The translations under genes were made by a program, and so were the position numbers. The notes under the pieces are model-generated. The model worked only from the letters and a program-made list of their open reading frames with translations. It searched no databases and was not told where the DNA came from. A stretch of DNA of 64,000 bases, taken from positions 59,708,001 to 59,772,000 of the forward strand of contig NW_024704742.1 of assembly GCF_018977255.1 (NCBI RefSeq), given 5' to 3'. The first letter of the stretch is position 1. Every line of letters starts with the position of its first letter. The stretch is from Callorhinchus milii. Lineage: Eukaryota. Shown here piece by piece: positions 36,705 through 51,938 of the stretch.

Positions 36705-37910
36705 CTTTTGTCAGCCAATGCCAATGTATCAGCTTGGCTCACTGGTAGCATTCTTACCTCTGAATCAGAAGGTTTGGGGTTCAAGCCCCATGTTGGGATA
36801 TGAGGCATTTCTTCCCCGATATGTTTTAACAGAGCACTCACTTAATGAGATAATGAACAGATCCGAAATTTAGATTCACAGTATTAGTTAATTAAATCTA
36901 TAAATATATCAGTATTCAGGGGACAATAAAGCACCAATGCTATCTAATGTAATTGCATAATGTTGGTTGATACTCAAGATAAACTGGAAAATATGGGAGC
37001 TGATGATTGAACTATCCCTGCATAGATTTACCACACATATTTCTGATAATATAATGTACCTGTGGAGATAAATTCAGCCAAATACTCCAGTATAACTTTA
37101 TTGGTATTATGGTGTGTTGAAGAGAATGTCATGGAGATTTGCTGTTGACATTTAATCTATGTAAGACAGCACAATGGTATTTGAAAGTATTGAGTTTTTA
37201 CTCTCTTGACATGCTTGACAGACACAAAGATCCAATACGTACAGTGCTTCACTCAACACCAACGTCATATTTTAAAGGGTGAGAAATGTGAAAAACAATT
37301 CTCGTGGCAGCTGTTTGAACAGCTGTGCCTCAGTCTTCTGTCGACAAAAGCTCTTGAAGTGAGTACAAACCTCACATACCTGTCAGAACTCATACCATAC
37401 AGTGCTAAATGAGCTCACCCATCAACATATTTTGAATATATGAATTATAAAGCAGATATTTGTCATTTACTTCTATCTCTGTCTCCCCCACAACCGGAAA
37501 TAATTTTCATCTCAAGTGCCACTATTTGGCATCTCAATATTTCTTCAGCCTACCCCACCGGTGAAGCCTTTGTGTGATGTAAATGTTAGCCGTACAAATG
37601 ACGAGATCCTACGTTTGATATCAAGCCTGTGTTTGACATCATATCTAATCTTGTGTGATGCAGCCAAAGGACATTACAGTTTAGACACAGGGGAGTGAGG
37701 CACAGGGTAGTCAGTCTGGGTTTCCACTACTGATCAGTGTACACTTATACCTACTGGAAGTGTAACATTAAGACTAAAAGCTGACTGGCCTCCTACTGTA
37801 TCATACAGTGTGTCAGCCTTGCTCAGTTGGTATCACTCTTGCCTCTGTCTCAGAAGTTGTGGGTTCAAACCCCAGGTTGTAATTTTGAACTCATAGTCTA
37901 GGCTGAAATC

Positions 37911-38165
37911 CAACAACAACAACAAATTACATTTGAATAGCACCTTTAACATTGGGAGGATGTCCAAAGGCACTAGATAGTCAGGAATTTTGGACCTGAG
38001 TGGAGGTTGTGATCAAGAGGATTGGTATCAGGAAGGGTGGCGGGCAGGAAGGGTAAGGGGTAGGAGGGTGGTTGAAGGCACGGTCGAAGAGGAGGGTTTT
38101 GAGACATGCCTTGAATGAGGCAAGGGAGGTAGCAAGGTGAAAGGACTGCGAGCTGGAATTCCAAA
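37911..38165 (-). mobile_element. L2 3' end, between DeuSINE pieces at 37810-37910 (+) and 38170-38382 (-)
   Basis: ASFKACLKTLLFDRAF peptide, stem-loop tail and (GTT)n. Confidence 0.85.
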
Positions 38166-39199
38166 GGAGCATTTCCTAGGATGTGACTGTGAAGTGAAGT
38201 GACTGTGTTTTTGTTGACAAACATAGCAGCCAAATTGAGCACAGTAATGTCCCACAAATTGCCAATAAGTGAGTATCCCATTTGACTTGGGGTTGATTGG
38301 CCAGGACAAACTCTAAATGTGAGCTTGAACCCACATTCTTCTGACTTATAGGTCAAAGTGCTGCCAACTGAGCCAGGCTGATACCTATTGTTGCACACAA
38401 AAAAGCCAGCTAATTAAGCATATTGCAAAATGGATGAATAGATCAATTAAACATTATTAATAATGTACACTCATTAAACAGAGCCAGAAGTGACACAGAG
38501 AACTATCTAAAACACTTTAACAAATTGTTTAGTTCTTGGACTGCCAGCAAGTCTGCTGAGATTCTAATCTTTGTGAGATGACTCACAATGTTGTGCAATT
38601 TCATAGTATAATAATCGGTAAAAAGCTATTCAAACTTCACAAAAAGAATGACTATAAAACTGACCCCTAACTCACAGACTCGTAATAATGTCATAATTTT
38701 GAGATGTTCTTTGCACACTGATTGCGAGAGGTGAAAGTGAAACAGGAAAATGGTTCACTGCCTGCATTCAGGGTGGTTTTGCAAAGCAGCATGTCTTAAA
38801 AATCAACAAGGGAATGGTTTATATTGAGTTTAGTTATTAATAATAAACTGTTATTGATCTGGTGGTAAGTGAGTATTTTGGATATTATGACTAATTATGA
38901 TTTAGTTAAACTCAAGTGTGAGAGGTACGAAAGAGAATAACAAACCAAAGTTTTGAAATCAACTTTAAGGCCAACTTTGAGGAAAAAAAATATCACTGTG
39001 GGATATGAGAAATTGTTAGGAATTGTCCTGTATGAATGGCGCTACATAAATGCAAGTTGTTGTTGATTGGTAAATCATGAAGTCAATAGCAGAATGCATT
39101 CAATGAAATATCTGAGATAATGAAAATAAGTGTATGCTCGTGAAACACCAAAATGGCACTTCTTGGATAAAGCAAGCATGATTCACAAAAGTTTTGTTA

Positions 39200-39480
39200 T
39201 GACAAATTAAAGCAGAAAGAATGAGGGCTGGGAAGTCTACAGAGAGGGAAGAAAGTAGACCAAGAAATTAACGAAGAGGGTGAAAAGGGAGTGTAATTAC
39301 AAACATGCTGGTGGCTTAAAGGTAATATAAAATGTTATTATAAGTACATCAAGAAATACAGTGATAAAGGAGGTGGGCAGGCCCATTATAAACAGATTTT
39401 TGTATGACAATAAAAGAGGGCAAGGACAAAGCAGAACTGCTAAATTAATATTTCCCTCTGGCCTTCACAAAGCAGAGAAT
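39200..39480 (+). mobile_element. CR1 LINE internal fragment, old
   Basis: Purine-rich, with AAATGTTATTATAAGTACATCAAG (K.FY.YI-like) and AGCAGAACTGCTAAAT.AATATTT (AE.LN.YF-like) motifs. Confidence 0.6.
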
Positions 39481-39984
39481 GTTATACCAGAGCCAGTCTA
39501 GGCTGACACTCCACTGCAGTGCTGGGGAAGCATTGTATTATTGGTGGTTCCGTCCTTCGGATGAGATGTTAAACCAAGGTAAACCAAATCCAGTCTGCAT
39601 GCTCTGGTAGACCTTAATGATACCATGGCATTACTCAAAAGGAAGGGAGTTTTTCCACTAGCCTTGCCCAAAATAACATGAAATAATGTGACAAGTGGTG
39701 TGAGAACCATCACTGGTGTTAATGTCACATTGTTGGAAGCATCACCCTGATTTGTTTGACTAGCGGTATCTTCTCATCATCCTCCCAACTTTGTGAAAAT
39801 GCTGCTTCTGAAACAATGCATCATGCCCATTGAGCCAGTGACAATTATCACAAGTCACATTTTTCAATCTAGAAAATGACAATGAGAAGTGCATGAGAGC
39901 GCTCATGAGAAGAAATGGGAAAATGCTCGCTGGACTTCCCAATTGTTGCTTCCACAAGTTGTAAACTATTAAGATTTCTATAGC

Positions 39985-40468
39985 TTGTGCCCTCTTCCGC
40001 TCCAGGATCTGCAAGCCTATCAATCTAATACTCACCCAGTTTCACTGGCTCCCCATCCCCTAGGCAATTGAATTCAAGATCCTTATCCTCACTTTTAAAG
40101 CCCTTCACAGTCTTGTCCTACCCAACATCTCTGACCTTCTAAATCGTTATTAACCCATCTTCTCCCTCTGCTCAGCAGGCATTGGCTTGTTTCACGTCCC
40201 TAACCCTGCCCACCCCACCATTGGCTGTTGGGCCTTCAGCCTTTCTGCCCTCACTCTCTGGAACGCCATTACTTTGCCTCAATTCTTCACTCACCTCCTT
40301 CAATGTCTGTCTCAATACCTTCCACTTCGACCAAAACTTTGATCATCTTCACACCTCTACCTCCTTTGCCCCATCCCCCTCGAATCCAACTCCCAGCTTG
40401 GGTCCAAACCCTCGGGTGTCCATCACCTCCCGACATGAAAGGTGCTAAATAAATGCAATTTGTTGTTG
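39985..40468 (+). mobile_element. L2 LINE 3' fragment
   Basis: HWLP..I.FKIL-coding region followed by a …GACATGAAAGGTGCTAAATAAATGCAATTTGTTGTTG tail. Confidence 0.85.
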
Positions 40469-40629
40469 GTATAGAACAAATGTAGAATACTACAATGGAA
40501 TGTAAATTTATATTTAATTTAGTGCCTTTCACCTCAGGAGGATATCCCAAAGTGTTTAACTCAGTTCAGTTTTCATCACCTTCCCACATATATGAATTAG
40601 AAATGGTAAGAGCAAGAAAGAAGCAAAAA

Positions 40630-40930
40630 AATTATTCCCAAGTGTAATGGAGACGAGTTATGAGAAGAGATTAGAAACATTTACACTGTAGAAAGAAGAT
40701 GTTTAAAGGGGAATTTCATCAAAGTGTATCAAATTTTAAATGGTATGGATAAGGAGATAAGCCCAGACTACTGCTACAACGTATGTCTAGAAAGCAGGAC
40801 CAGAGGATATAAATGGAAATGAATTTAGAGTTGGTATCAGAGAAAAGTGCATTACTCAAATGTTTTGAATAACCAAAAAAGATAAAAAAGGAAAGTGAAA
40901 AGCACGGACATTATTCAAAGCAGATTGAGA
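40630..40930 (+). mobile_element. CR1 LINE 3' ORF2 fragment
   Basis: Degenerate SYEKRL…RGD.IKVY.ILNG.D-like coding sequence. Confidence 0.7.
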
Positions 40931-43900
40931 TCCATAATGAGATCTCATCAATGCATCAATGCATTAAAGAGATAAGCTTTGTAGGGCCAAATGACCTTTA
41001 GTCATCCCTAAATTTTCCTTTGTTTCTATCATCTTATTAAAGAAGTAGAATAAGTTTCCTCTGCTGGTCAATAAAAGATTGAAAACGCTATCACATTCTC
41101 CAGTAGCAATTTCCAAGGAAAGGAAAATGTTCGCCTTTAGACATTGATGCATATATTTGAGTTCCAAAACGATAACACTGACAGAGCCTGGAAGGAGTTG
41201 CCATAGGTTTCTGTTGGAGCAGAATCGATTTGGGGGCATTTTAAAGGGAATTATATAAACACCTATGGAGGAAGGGTATTAAAGGATACAGGGAAAGAGC
41301 ACATAATTACCACTGTGAAAGATGCTATGTAAATATAAATTTTATAAATTTGTTTCCAAATCCTCCTACAGAATACACGGTCCACTTTACAATAAATAAT
41401 GTGAAGTGCTTTGAGACATGAACGATGCCACATGAAATCCAAGGACTATTTAGTTATTTAATACAATGAGTTGAAAAACCTCCCACTGTGTCATAGATTT
41501 CTATGGTTCTAACCGCTACGAAGTGGCAAGACCACACTTGAAATATCGACATCTCTCACAACAGTAAGAGATGTTTCATTAGTTCAGCTGTGTTTTTCCA
41601 GTGGATGAACTGAAAATATATCAAACTAGTTGGTTCATACAAACAAGAGTTTCCACAGATCAACTGACAGCATGATAGTTAAAGCATTTTTTTAAAAAAA
41701 GCAGATGTTCCTAATTCCACAGAGTAAAGAGATACAAATTCAGGGACATGGCAGGAAGTCAATGAAACAGTTGGGCTAAAAGACATGACAAATTAGTTGT
41801 AAAACACTTTGGAGGCAGATCTACTCATAATGGGAGTGAAAGTACTCAGTTAAATGTATACGCCTTATAGGCTTACAGTTTATTTTACCTTGAAATCCAA
41901 CAGCCTGAAAAGAGAGACAGAAAGAAAATAGCGAGAACACAAAAGATGAGAAATTACAGAGAAAAAAAAGGAAAAACGGAATAGGAATAAAATAGAGAAG
42001 GAAAAGCAAAATAGACAGAAATCATAGGAAGAAATTGGCAACATTTTGTAAAACATACAATGTGCTTATTGTTTGGCCACCATGTTGATCATGGGCCAAG
42101 TAAACGTGGGACTAAAATACATTTATTTTGAGCTCAGAGGCAACATTTTAAATGCTGTTTTACACAATACCACTGAGTTCAGCTTTTGTCTTAACTTTTG
42201 ATGCTCCACTGCTCCATTCTCTGTAATCGAGAGCACTGAGATCTTTGGATTCAGCTATTGTGCAGAAGCCAGAGGTGCCACTTCACCTGATTATTAACTC
42301 AGTGTTAAGGAAATATCTGAGTATTGAACACTTGTTTGTCCAATGGATTTGGTTAACAGCACAAATAGTAATATTTCAACCAAAATAGCTTGGTAAACCA
42401 AAAAAGATTATTCAGTCTGGTAACATGTTCACCTGAAATTTGTGTGGTTATCTGGAAACAAATGTAATGAGATTTATTTTTAAATCAGGTACTAATTGCA
42501 CATTAACCAAAGAAACTCCCTCCCTTTCCCCTCTATCTTTTTCTGTATTTAAGTCCTGCCACAAAACCTACCACTTCACGTGTCATATGGCCACCTCCCA
42601 TTTCCCCCTCTACTTTGCTCAGCTTCCGAACCCAATATAATATAATAATAATAATCCTTGCATTCGATATAGCACTTTTCACGTCTTCTAGACATCTCAA
42701 AGCGCTTCACAGAATATACAGAATAAACCCAACTATATAAAGTGCTCTGAAATACTGCCCTACTTGAAGGGCACTATCTAAATCCAAGTTACTGTTGAAT
42801 TGGTCCGAGTAGTATTTCAATTGTTGTCTTAGGCTTTGGAAATACAAGACCCTGAATTACACATCCTACAATCAAAATTATATTACACCTTAAAAGTTGG
42901 GAGAACATTGCAAAGTGATAAACAACACTGTATGGGCTCCAAAGCTAGGGGTGGTAGCCAAGGAGGGTGGGAAAGATGACCAAAAGCATGGTCAAAGAGG
43001 TACATTTTGAGAAATGGCCTTAACGAGCAAAGGTAGGGAGTGAGTCAGAGGATCGTGTTCCAGAGAGCGTGGCAGAATGGCTGAAAGCCCACCCAATGAT
43101 GTCAGGATGGATAAGGCGGGAGACATGAAGCAACTTATTAAAACATCTTATTACAAGTATTAAATTCATTGTAATGTATGATCCTCTCGTGTTCCAGAAA
43201 GTCCAATGACACATTTATGGGGAGCACTGTTGTGTTTCTTGTTGCCTAGATTTGACTGAGACTAGAGTTGAAGCCATTTAGTCTTGAGAACTCAGAATGC
43301 TGAAAAAAGCACAGCAGCCGCTCAAGTCAACATTGAATTATTAAACAAAGAGAGATAAATGATTCTCTGAGTATCGCAGCTTCTCCCATGATAGGCAATC
43401 TTTCAAATTAATATTGGGTAGCTAAAATCCACCATTAAATATAGATTAAAAAATCACAATAGGTTTACACAGCATTTCTAATCTAATGCTGTCAAAGATG
43501 ATGAAAATTCAAACGAGCCTTTTTTTAATCAGCAAAACATTCAATTTATAATTGGTTCAGATTAGAAAATGTGTAATTCTGCCTTGATATTCTGTAGGTT
43601 TGTAGCATCCTCCCAAAAACCTCATTCATCCTCAATACAAAAGTCCATCATAAACCGTAATAATAATCTAATTCTCCAGGGTTAGGAAATGTTAATGTAC
43701 TGTTTATAGGGCAGATCAACTGCAAAACAAGCTTTTTATATTCTGGGATTATTAGTTATTTGCTGAATTCTGAGTCAATTTTAACTCAACAATCTTACCC
43801 TGTATATATGTCCTTAAACATTGGTTGGGTGAAAAGTACAGAAGCAGCTTTACTTTGCTTCTCATGTCATAAATTGTCATGCAGAAAGTTTCCATGCATC

Positions 43901-44135
43901 ATAAAGTCTATATAGAATACATAAGACTCCCATTGCAGGGAGCCCTTGTGCATAAAAGACCACAATCACACGTCTGGGTCTGCCATTCTATGATTGCGTC
44001 ACAATAGTTAATAAAAACAAATGATAAATCACTTATCTTTACCTCAGATACAGCAATATTATTGTCAACTGCATGGATTCAAAAATACCACATTATGAAC
44101 ATACACACACACACACACGTGCCCAAATATATTAT

Positions 44136-44459
44136 GGAGTCCTGTAGCTCAGTTGTTAGAGCAGTCGACTCGCAAACGAAAGACCTGGGTTCTATTCCTG
44201 GCAGGACAAAATGTTGGGCAAGTTTCCTTACTCCACATGACTATTTACCTAGCAGTAAGTAGAATCCCTTTTCCGGGGATAATATTCTTTATAAAAAATA
44301 TTAATTTGGTCACTCAATCTACGACTGTTTGTGTGCAATTGGTTGCTGTGTTTCGCCCACAAATGTACAGTCAATTCACTTTATAGTATATTCTGTGGAG
44401 AGCTTCAAGACGTCTAGAAGACATAAAAAGCGCTATATCAAATGCAACGATTATTATTA
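44136..44459 (+). mobile_element. tRNA-derived SINE, long/intermediate form
   Basis: tRNA head, a TTTACCTAGCAGTAAGTAG block and a TAGAA-loop tail. Confidence 0.88.
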
Positions 44460-44469
44460 GTAGATAGAT

Positions 44470-44605
44470 ACATAACACACATTCATGAGGGAAGAGGGAA
44501 AATAGGGGTATAGGAGAATTGGGGCTTATGTGGAGTACAAATACCGACACAGAGTAATTCGGTCGATTGGCCTATTTCTGTGCCGTATCACTCTATGTAA
44601 CTCTG
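44470..44605 (+). mobile_element. CR1 LINE 3' terminus
   Basis: …GATTGGCCTATTTCTGTGCCGTATCACTCTATGTAACTCT is a CR1-type end. Confidence 0.65.
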
Positions 44606-45079
44606 TTTAAGGGACTGGAGTAAGCCATTTGGTCAATTAGGCCTGCTCTATTATGTTTATGGCATCTTTCTTTAATTCCATTTACCAGTCATATCTCTTA
44701 ATTTCTTTCTAGCACCTTGGCACATTCTCCCAACTTGAAAGGTGCTACACAAACACAATTTTTGTATTTTCTTGTTGTTACAGTCCAAGTTATGATCAAT
44801 CCCATTAAAACACATTAACCAACTCTCAGTCTGTGGCCTTCTGAGGAAATCTCTTCTGTTCCATGTTCCCAGTAAAGCATTTGTTCTCCTGATTCCTAGT
44901 TTTTTTTCTTCACACTTTCCAGACAGAAACATGGGGTGAAGTTTAAGAAACATCACACGTTTTTCTCTTCTCATGTAAAGTGCCGAATATTTAATTTCAC
45001 TGAATGATTTTCTTGTGAAAAACTCCCACTCACTATAGCTTTCAATTTTATTTATAAGGATTGCTTTTCTTTCATTGAA

Positions 45080-45542
45080 TGTCAGCCTGGCTCAGTTGGC
45101 AGCAGCCTCACCCATGAGGCAGAAGGTTCTGGGTTCAAGGTCCATGTCAGAACTTTGAACTCATAGTCTAAACTGAAACTCCAATAGTGTACTCCATTGT
45201 TGGAGAAGTTGTCCTTCAGATGAACCGTTAAATCCAAGGACACAAATGTATATATGTGTGTGCATACATTTGTGATTGTGTGTGTCTGCTCAGGTGGATG
45301 TAAAATATCCCATGGTACTATCTGAAAAGCGAAGGGAGTTTTTCCCCAGTGCCCCTACCAATAACCCCAAAAATAAAATGGGTCATTCATTTCATGGTTG
45401 TCTGTGGGACACTGCTGTGTGCAAATTGCCTGCCAGGGTTATCTACAAAATATTCAGTCACTGCATTTTACATTGAAGCGCTTTGAGATATCATCCTCAT
45501 TTGAAAGGCACAATAACAAATGCAAAGACCAATATTATTACA
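45080..45542 (+). mobile_element. Full-length old DeuSINE (SacSINE1-like) with an internal TG-rich microsatellite
   Basis: tRNA head GTCAGCCTGGCTCAGTTGGCAGC…GGGTTCAAG, Deu domain CAGGTGGATGTAAAATATCCCATGG, and a GTGTGCAAATTGCCTGCC block before the tail. Confidence 0.85.
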
Positions 45543-46939
45543 CTACCAATATGATATTTAGGTCACTAAAAGCAAAGAAATAAATGTGAACCAAGTGAGC
45601 ACATTACAGTTGTTCTTAATGATATTACCACCTGCATGGAAAAACATTTAAATCGATTGAAAGAGCAAGTTATGGTTTCAAATATCAAGTTGGTACTTTC
45701 AGCTCATTGTCTCAGTTGATCGTCCTTTGTTCAGATGGACGTTAAGAGATCCCATGGCACTATTTGGAAAGAGAAGCACTTTCTCCCAGTCCTGGCCAAC
45801 TGATAATATTCGTCATTCACTTCCTGGCTATTTGTAGAACACTGCAGTGTCTAAAACTGCCTGCTGCGTTTGCCTCGAAAAATACATTCAATGAACTTTA
45901 GCAGAAATCCTGTGAAATGCTTTAAGATATTGACAATGTGATAAGACATTTTTTCAAATGCAGGGATTATTAATCTTTTCACCCCAGAAATTGTGCAATT
46001 TGGGAGAGAACAAAAGAAGCAGTTCAGAAGAAAAGTAATTGTTCTAAACAAACTGACAGTCACACAAGTCAACCCCGAAGTCATACTAAATGCATCTCTT
46101 CCAAAGATGGCAGATGTGTCATGTACAATACACATCTTGCAGTTTCTACATGCTCTGTGCTGCAGGGGTCAGTGTATCAGAACACGAGTCAGAGTGATTA
46201 TTGGCTACACATTATTTCTGTGCAAGTATTTTACGCATTTTTTTTGTAGTAACACATTCTGTAGCCTCTATCATAGTTACTGCAAATAACACAGAATAAT
46301 TCATCATCATATGCTGATTTCTTCAGAGGTTTTTAATTTGCACTCATTTGGTTTTTGCCTACTGCTGCTTTGCTATTTCTAACAATTAAAACCAAACCAG
46401 CACAAAACAGCATTAATTTGACTCAAATCAGCTTTATAAATGTATTATAATAATGAATGTATTTGATGCTGAACTATATAATCATTCATTAATTAATTAT
46501 ACAACATAGGTTTAAATTAACAATGAAAAGCAATGTAGTATATATCAAAATTGAACATTTAGGATAGCCATTAACTTACAGCAATACAAAAGTGTACTTT
46601 ATGTGTCAGCTTTGCTCAGTTGGTAGTGTTTCGGCCAAAATCTCCCAAACAAAAAATTGGTGGGACTGTTGGTGGGATATCAAATGCAATTTTTATTATG
46701 AATAAATTGAAATCAAATTAAGATTCTCGCTACAGAGTTTGAATAAACCTTGGTCAGTGAGAGAGCGAGAGGCTGTTTTAGAGGTCTGGGGCCACTCGAT
46801 AAAACATCCTTTATAAAAACTCTCACTGCTTCAGTCTCCTTTTGTTTATGTCAGCCCTGTCCTATTGGTCTGTCTTCCTTTTGCTGCTCATGTCTCTCAA
46901 TCTATCAACATGTGTCTTTCTCTAACTGTGAATAACCTC

Positions 46940-47100
46940 CCACAACTATTTGTGGAACACTACTGTGTGCAATTGGCTGCTGCGTTTTGTCCATAAAATA
47001 TATAGTCAATTCACTTTACAGTATATTCTGTGAAGCGCTTTGAGACATCTTGAAGACTTGATAAGGCGCTATGTTAAATACAAGGATTATTATTATTATT
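46940..47100 (+). mobile_element. SINE 3' half
   Basis: GTGTGCAATTGGCTGC…GTCAATTCACTTTACAG…(ATT)n. Confidence 0.85.
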
Positions 47101-50100
47101 GTCATTGTATGTAAATTCACAGCCATGTTCACCATCAAAATACAGTTACTACACTTCCAGTCAAACCTGTGAAGCACATCCTCTCAATGAGAAGTTCCAT
47201 ATTAAAGATTATTATTATTTTTATTGAGTCAAAGAAGGAACATCATCCATTTAAACTCAGAATTGAGGTTATACAATTTGAGGCTCTTCTCAGTGTTCTA
47301 TCTGTGACTGAATAACAAATGCCTATTGATATTTAACATTTGTCGGCATAATTATAGTTTGAAAAACATGACTGGAAGAGTTGGGAGGTACAGTAAGTTA
47401 GCACACAGTCCTTTGATTTCTGGACCAGGGTTCAAATCCTTGCAGAAATATTGGGATAAAGGATGTTTTCTTTAAGGATCATGGCCCCTTGATCTCTTTC
47501 CAGAATACCAATCTTACCATCCTCTCATTACAATAAGAGCTTTTTTTTAAACAAATCAAGCATCCAAATCTAGCTATCCTTCCTAGTAACCTGTCCAATT
47601 GTTAACTACACTTTATGTAAATAAATAATTCCTGGTGTCTGTCCTTGAATTGTCCTTTGCAAATCTCCACCTATGTCGCCTAACACTGAGTATTATTCTG
47701 TATTTACTTTATCAATCCCATTTAAGATTCTATATACCTCTTCAAGATTCCTCTGAAACATCTCATTGGAAGAATGAAGAACTCTAGCTTGTCAAATCAT
47801 TGGTCATGGATCATTTATCCACACTCTTTTGAGCTTGGTCTTCCTAATTTTGATCATAGCCTTAATCTGTTATTAAATTGGGAATCACACCTAGTGAAGC
47901 CGAAGAATAAATGATATGAGAAATGTCAGTGGTGCACTGATCAGTACTCTGGGATGCTACTCTGCGTGAGGGGCACTATATAAATACAAGTTGGTGGTGG
48001 TGGTGCAGGCCATTGTGTTCTTCTGAATTCCAACAAAGTTGCACTGTTGGAAGAGGCGGATGGGGGAAAATTCCATCTGGGCGTACATTTATACTGTTTA
48101 TGGAGTCTTTCAGAACATCCAGGGTTTCGCAAATAGTTGGAATCAGTCTTAATTTTAGGTCTTTTTTGTATGCCTTGATAAATGCAAGTTGTATTATTGT
48201 CTTTAAAAATTCTTAATCGAATTTATAAATATGCTAACTTTTAGATGCTCTAACATGCAAGATAGAGAAATTCTAGACATTTCTCCTCAGAATTTCTCCT
48301 CAGAGTTTTGGTTTGTGGCTGTGTTATTCTTGGTATAGAAATATTCCTGTCACTGAATGCCTGAAATAGGAAAGTGAATTTTCATGTACTGTCATCACTT
48401 ACCTTGATGAGCATGAAGAAACTCTACATTCAGTTTAATACATGCCCAACAAATAAAATATTTCAAAAATTCTTATCATTGCTTGACAGGAAACCACAAT
48501 CCACTGCTTTAACCAAATGTACCCCAAAGTCTTTGCGTGACATATCGTTAAAGAAAACAAATTCTTGCAGCTTGTCAGTAATAAACACAGTGCATGGTCG
48601 ATGAGGCTAGAATGTAGCTGCGCACAGATTCAATGCAAATACAATTACTGTGAATTTAGTATATTAGTTCAGCCCCTTTACAGTCTGTAAAATGCCATAT
48701 TGGAAAAACTGTCTTGATGAAAAATGTCTAAAATTGCCATCATAAATTTTATTCCAGACATGAATTAACTGTTTTTACAAAATATGCTGAGATCTAATTA
48801 ACTCAATATATTATACTGGGTACACTCCAAACTTAGACAACAAAATAACTATATATTTATTTGCGACATACATTATCTAGGTTTATTCTATAGTGATTTA
48901 CTTGCACGTTCCTTTTAATTACGTACTTATTTAAACCCTTAAAAGATTTTCACCAGCATTCTTTTAAAAAAAGTTCTTTTGCAATTCTTTAAGTAAGATA
49001 GTTTTATGGCAAATATTCCACTTTACACACACCTAATGGTCCTATAAATTGAAAAGGCATGCTGGCATTCCTATTAAAAAGGCACAGTTAATGTCACTAG
49101 CAACAACACAATTAATCAATGGAGTTTGAAAATAACAATGCAAATCTATTTTCGCATCAATGCACTGTAATTGGTGGTTTTCCCTTATGTTTAGATTCCT
49201 AGAATAATATAACCTGCTTCCATTTGAGGGTCAAATACTGTTAAACCAGACTTTTTTAAAAAAAACACAACCTCTGTAATCTGAATCTATTCATGAATAA
49301 GTGAGATTTGATCCCATATTATGAAGTGATTCATTCCACACAATTTTCACTGTAATGCATCTGAATCCCTCCAAATATATTAAAGAAAGATTGTGCATTC
49401 TTTTTAACAATTAAAATGAATTCTGATCAGTAAAAGATGACATTGTGCAATAGCTGCTGTGTTCAAATCCTCTGAGCAGTAGTTATTAATGAGAAACCCA
49501 ACAATGCAATAAAAATATTAGTTATTTTACAGAGGCAGACATGATAAATGTGGTTTTAACTGATTTTTATAACTGAGGAACAGCAAAATTAATAGCAGAC
49601 TGAATGTCTGAATGGCAATTTTACTGATTAACAATGCCTTTTAGCAGAACAAGCATAAAGCTGTTCAGTCAAGCAAGAAATAGCTACAGAAAATTACAAG
49701 GCAACTTTCCGCATGTCAGTTTTCAAGTTCTCCAATCCCACCAAAGCGACTGAAGAATGAATTAGAAACACTTTTAAGAAATCTATAACAAATTTGCACA
49801 TGACAGAGGGAGGTTACGGACAATTTATAAAAGACAATGTTCACTTACAAACACACATTTACTACACTCTACAGTTCAATACAATCCCTATGAAGTACTT
49901 TGAGATGTTTTGACAACCTGATAAGTCACAATGTCAAAAGTAATAGCTGAATTATTATTTGTAATAGCTGAAATTAACTAACATAAATTGGACAATATAA
50001 TGCATACCACAAAGAAAAATAATACTTACAAGGATTAAATGAAACAGCATATTAACAAAAATTCAAATTCAGGTCAGTAGCTGAACTTCACAAGAACCTC

Positions 50101-51938
50101 CACTCAGATAATTATGATTAACCGATGATCAGCTTTGTTCAGATTGTTATTATGGTTAATGATATTCAACAACATCCCTGCTATTTTTATTAATTGAATA
50201 CTTTTCCACATGATTGTCTGATCCTTGAAGTCTTGTTAATAAATGATGAATCTGAAGTGGTCATGATTTTGCCCTAATGAATTGGAGGATTATTTCCAGA
50301 GCAGATGACACAACAACAAAACAATAACCATAAAAACAGCTTGCATTTATACAGCACCTTGCACATAGGATGGCATGTCAGTGATCTTATAACACAATAA
50401 CTGTTAACAGCAGCAGCTTTAGATTATATTATGTGTGAATTTAGTCAATATATCACCCATTTCATGGCTGTTTGTGGAACTTTGTTGTGCTCAAATTGGC
50501 TGCAAAATACAGTTACCACACTTGACAGTAAAACTAATTGAGACGTTTAAGATGTTCTCCTGAATTGAAAGATGCTATACCAAATGCAAGGATTATTATT
50601 ATAATATTTGAAACTTAACTATTGTACAAAAACCACTGAGAACAAGGGAGTTTGATAATATATCACTTATAACTTGGGTAGTTGGCTTGAGGAGACCTTA
50701 CATTGCAGCTTAAGCGCATCACAGTGTGAATCATTTCCCAATGGTCAATGCATCCCATTTTTTCACCACAAACATTGTTTTTAGCCATTCCATAACAAAC
50801 AAGTTTCCACTTCTCTAAGATGTCACATCAATTTTATTTAATGCTGAACATTAAATTGAAGAATAAATGTCAATTTCTATGCAAAAAATCTGAAGATGCT
50901 TTTGGAGAGAAAGGCAGATATCAATCAATAAAACCAACAATAACAATGTACTGCAGAATATGAAGCTCTGAGACGTCTCAGAGGCGTGATAAGGTGCCAT
51001 ATCAAATGCAAAGATTATTACTATTATTATGACTCCAGAAAGTGATATTTCAGAAGCTTCAATGGGGAAGGTAAACACGCATGAACTATTTTTAAAACAT
51101 ACAAATCATGGTGAAGTCTGCACTAACAAAATGTTCCACCTTACGTCCATCTCAAACACTCCAAGTCAGACACAACACAAATTAGTTATAATGGTTCTCT
51201 GAGAGCACTCTGATTAAACTTTCCTGAACACAGAGAGCAACAACCTCGACTGAATCAGTATGACATTTAACTTCCCACGCCAACTATCCTTATGGTCTTT
51301 GAGTGAAATTTCTCTATCAATGTCAAGTAATGTCAAATCATGAGCAGTAATGCACTGTGGCCCAGAATCAACTGATTCGGGTCTTCCTCACACTTGTTCC
51401 TTATTAAAATCTATAACAGCCATCACAGAGAAATGACTCAGACTATCAGTCTGAGCTGGATTCAATGCCTGAAATCTGAACGAGCCCAATTAGGAAGAAA
51501 ATATTTCTCGGTGATATTTGGCAACAATAATTATTTATTTTAACAATAAACAGCTCTCTGTCATTGCATCTTTCTTTCCTTCAAGGCAAGATTTTGACAG
51601 CTGTCTGTTGATTACAATTTTAAGAAATTTCTACTGATTTTCCTGAACCTTAGAAATTACCTTACATAATTTTATAACCTGGTGGTAGCCCTCATCTCTT
51701 TCCCTTTTGCATCCAAACCTTTCTACTCTCATCAGCATCCAGTTCTAATACAGTTACTGCACAAGGGCAGAGCAGAAGGATGAATAAGTTTTAACGACAT
51801 AGCTTTTGTACAGCAACCAGATCAACAAATGTAAGACCAATACAGAGCTTGGGAGATCAACAAGTGGAGCATTGGAAACATCTATCCTGGAAGAGACTAA
51901 GGATTATAGAACCAGGGGGGGATGATGTAAGGCGACAA

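Noticed and set aside
48280..48305. ATTTCTCCTCAGA tandem duplication and similar short repeats (22470, 58384)
   Set aside because: These are ordinary slippage duplications with no evidence of function.
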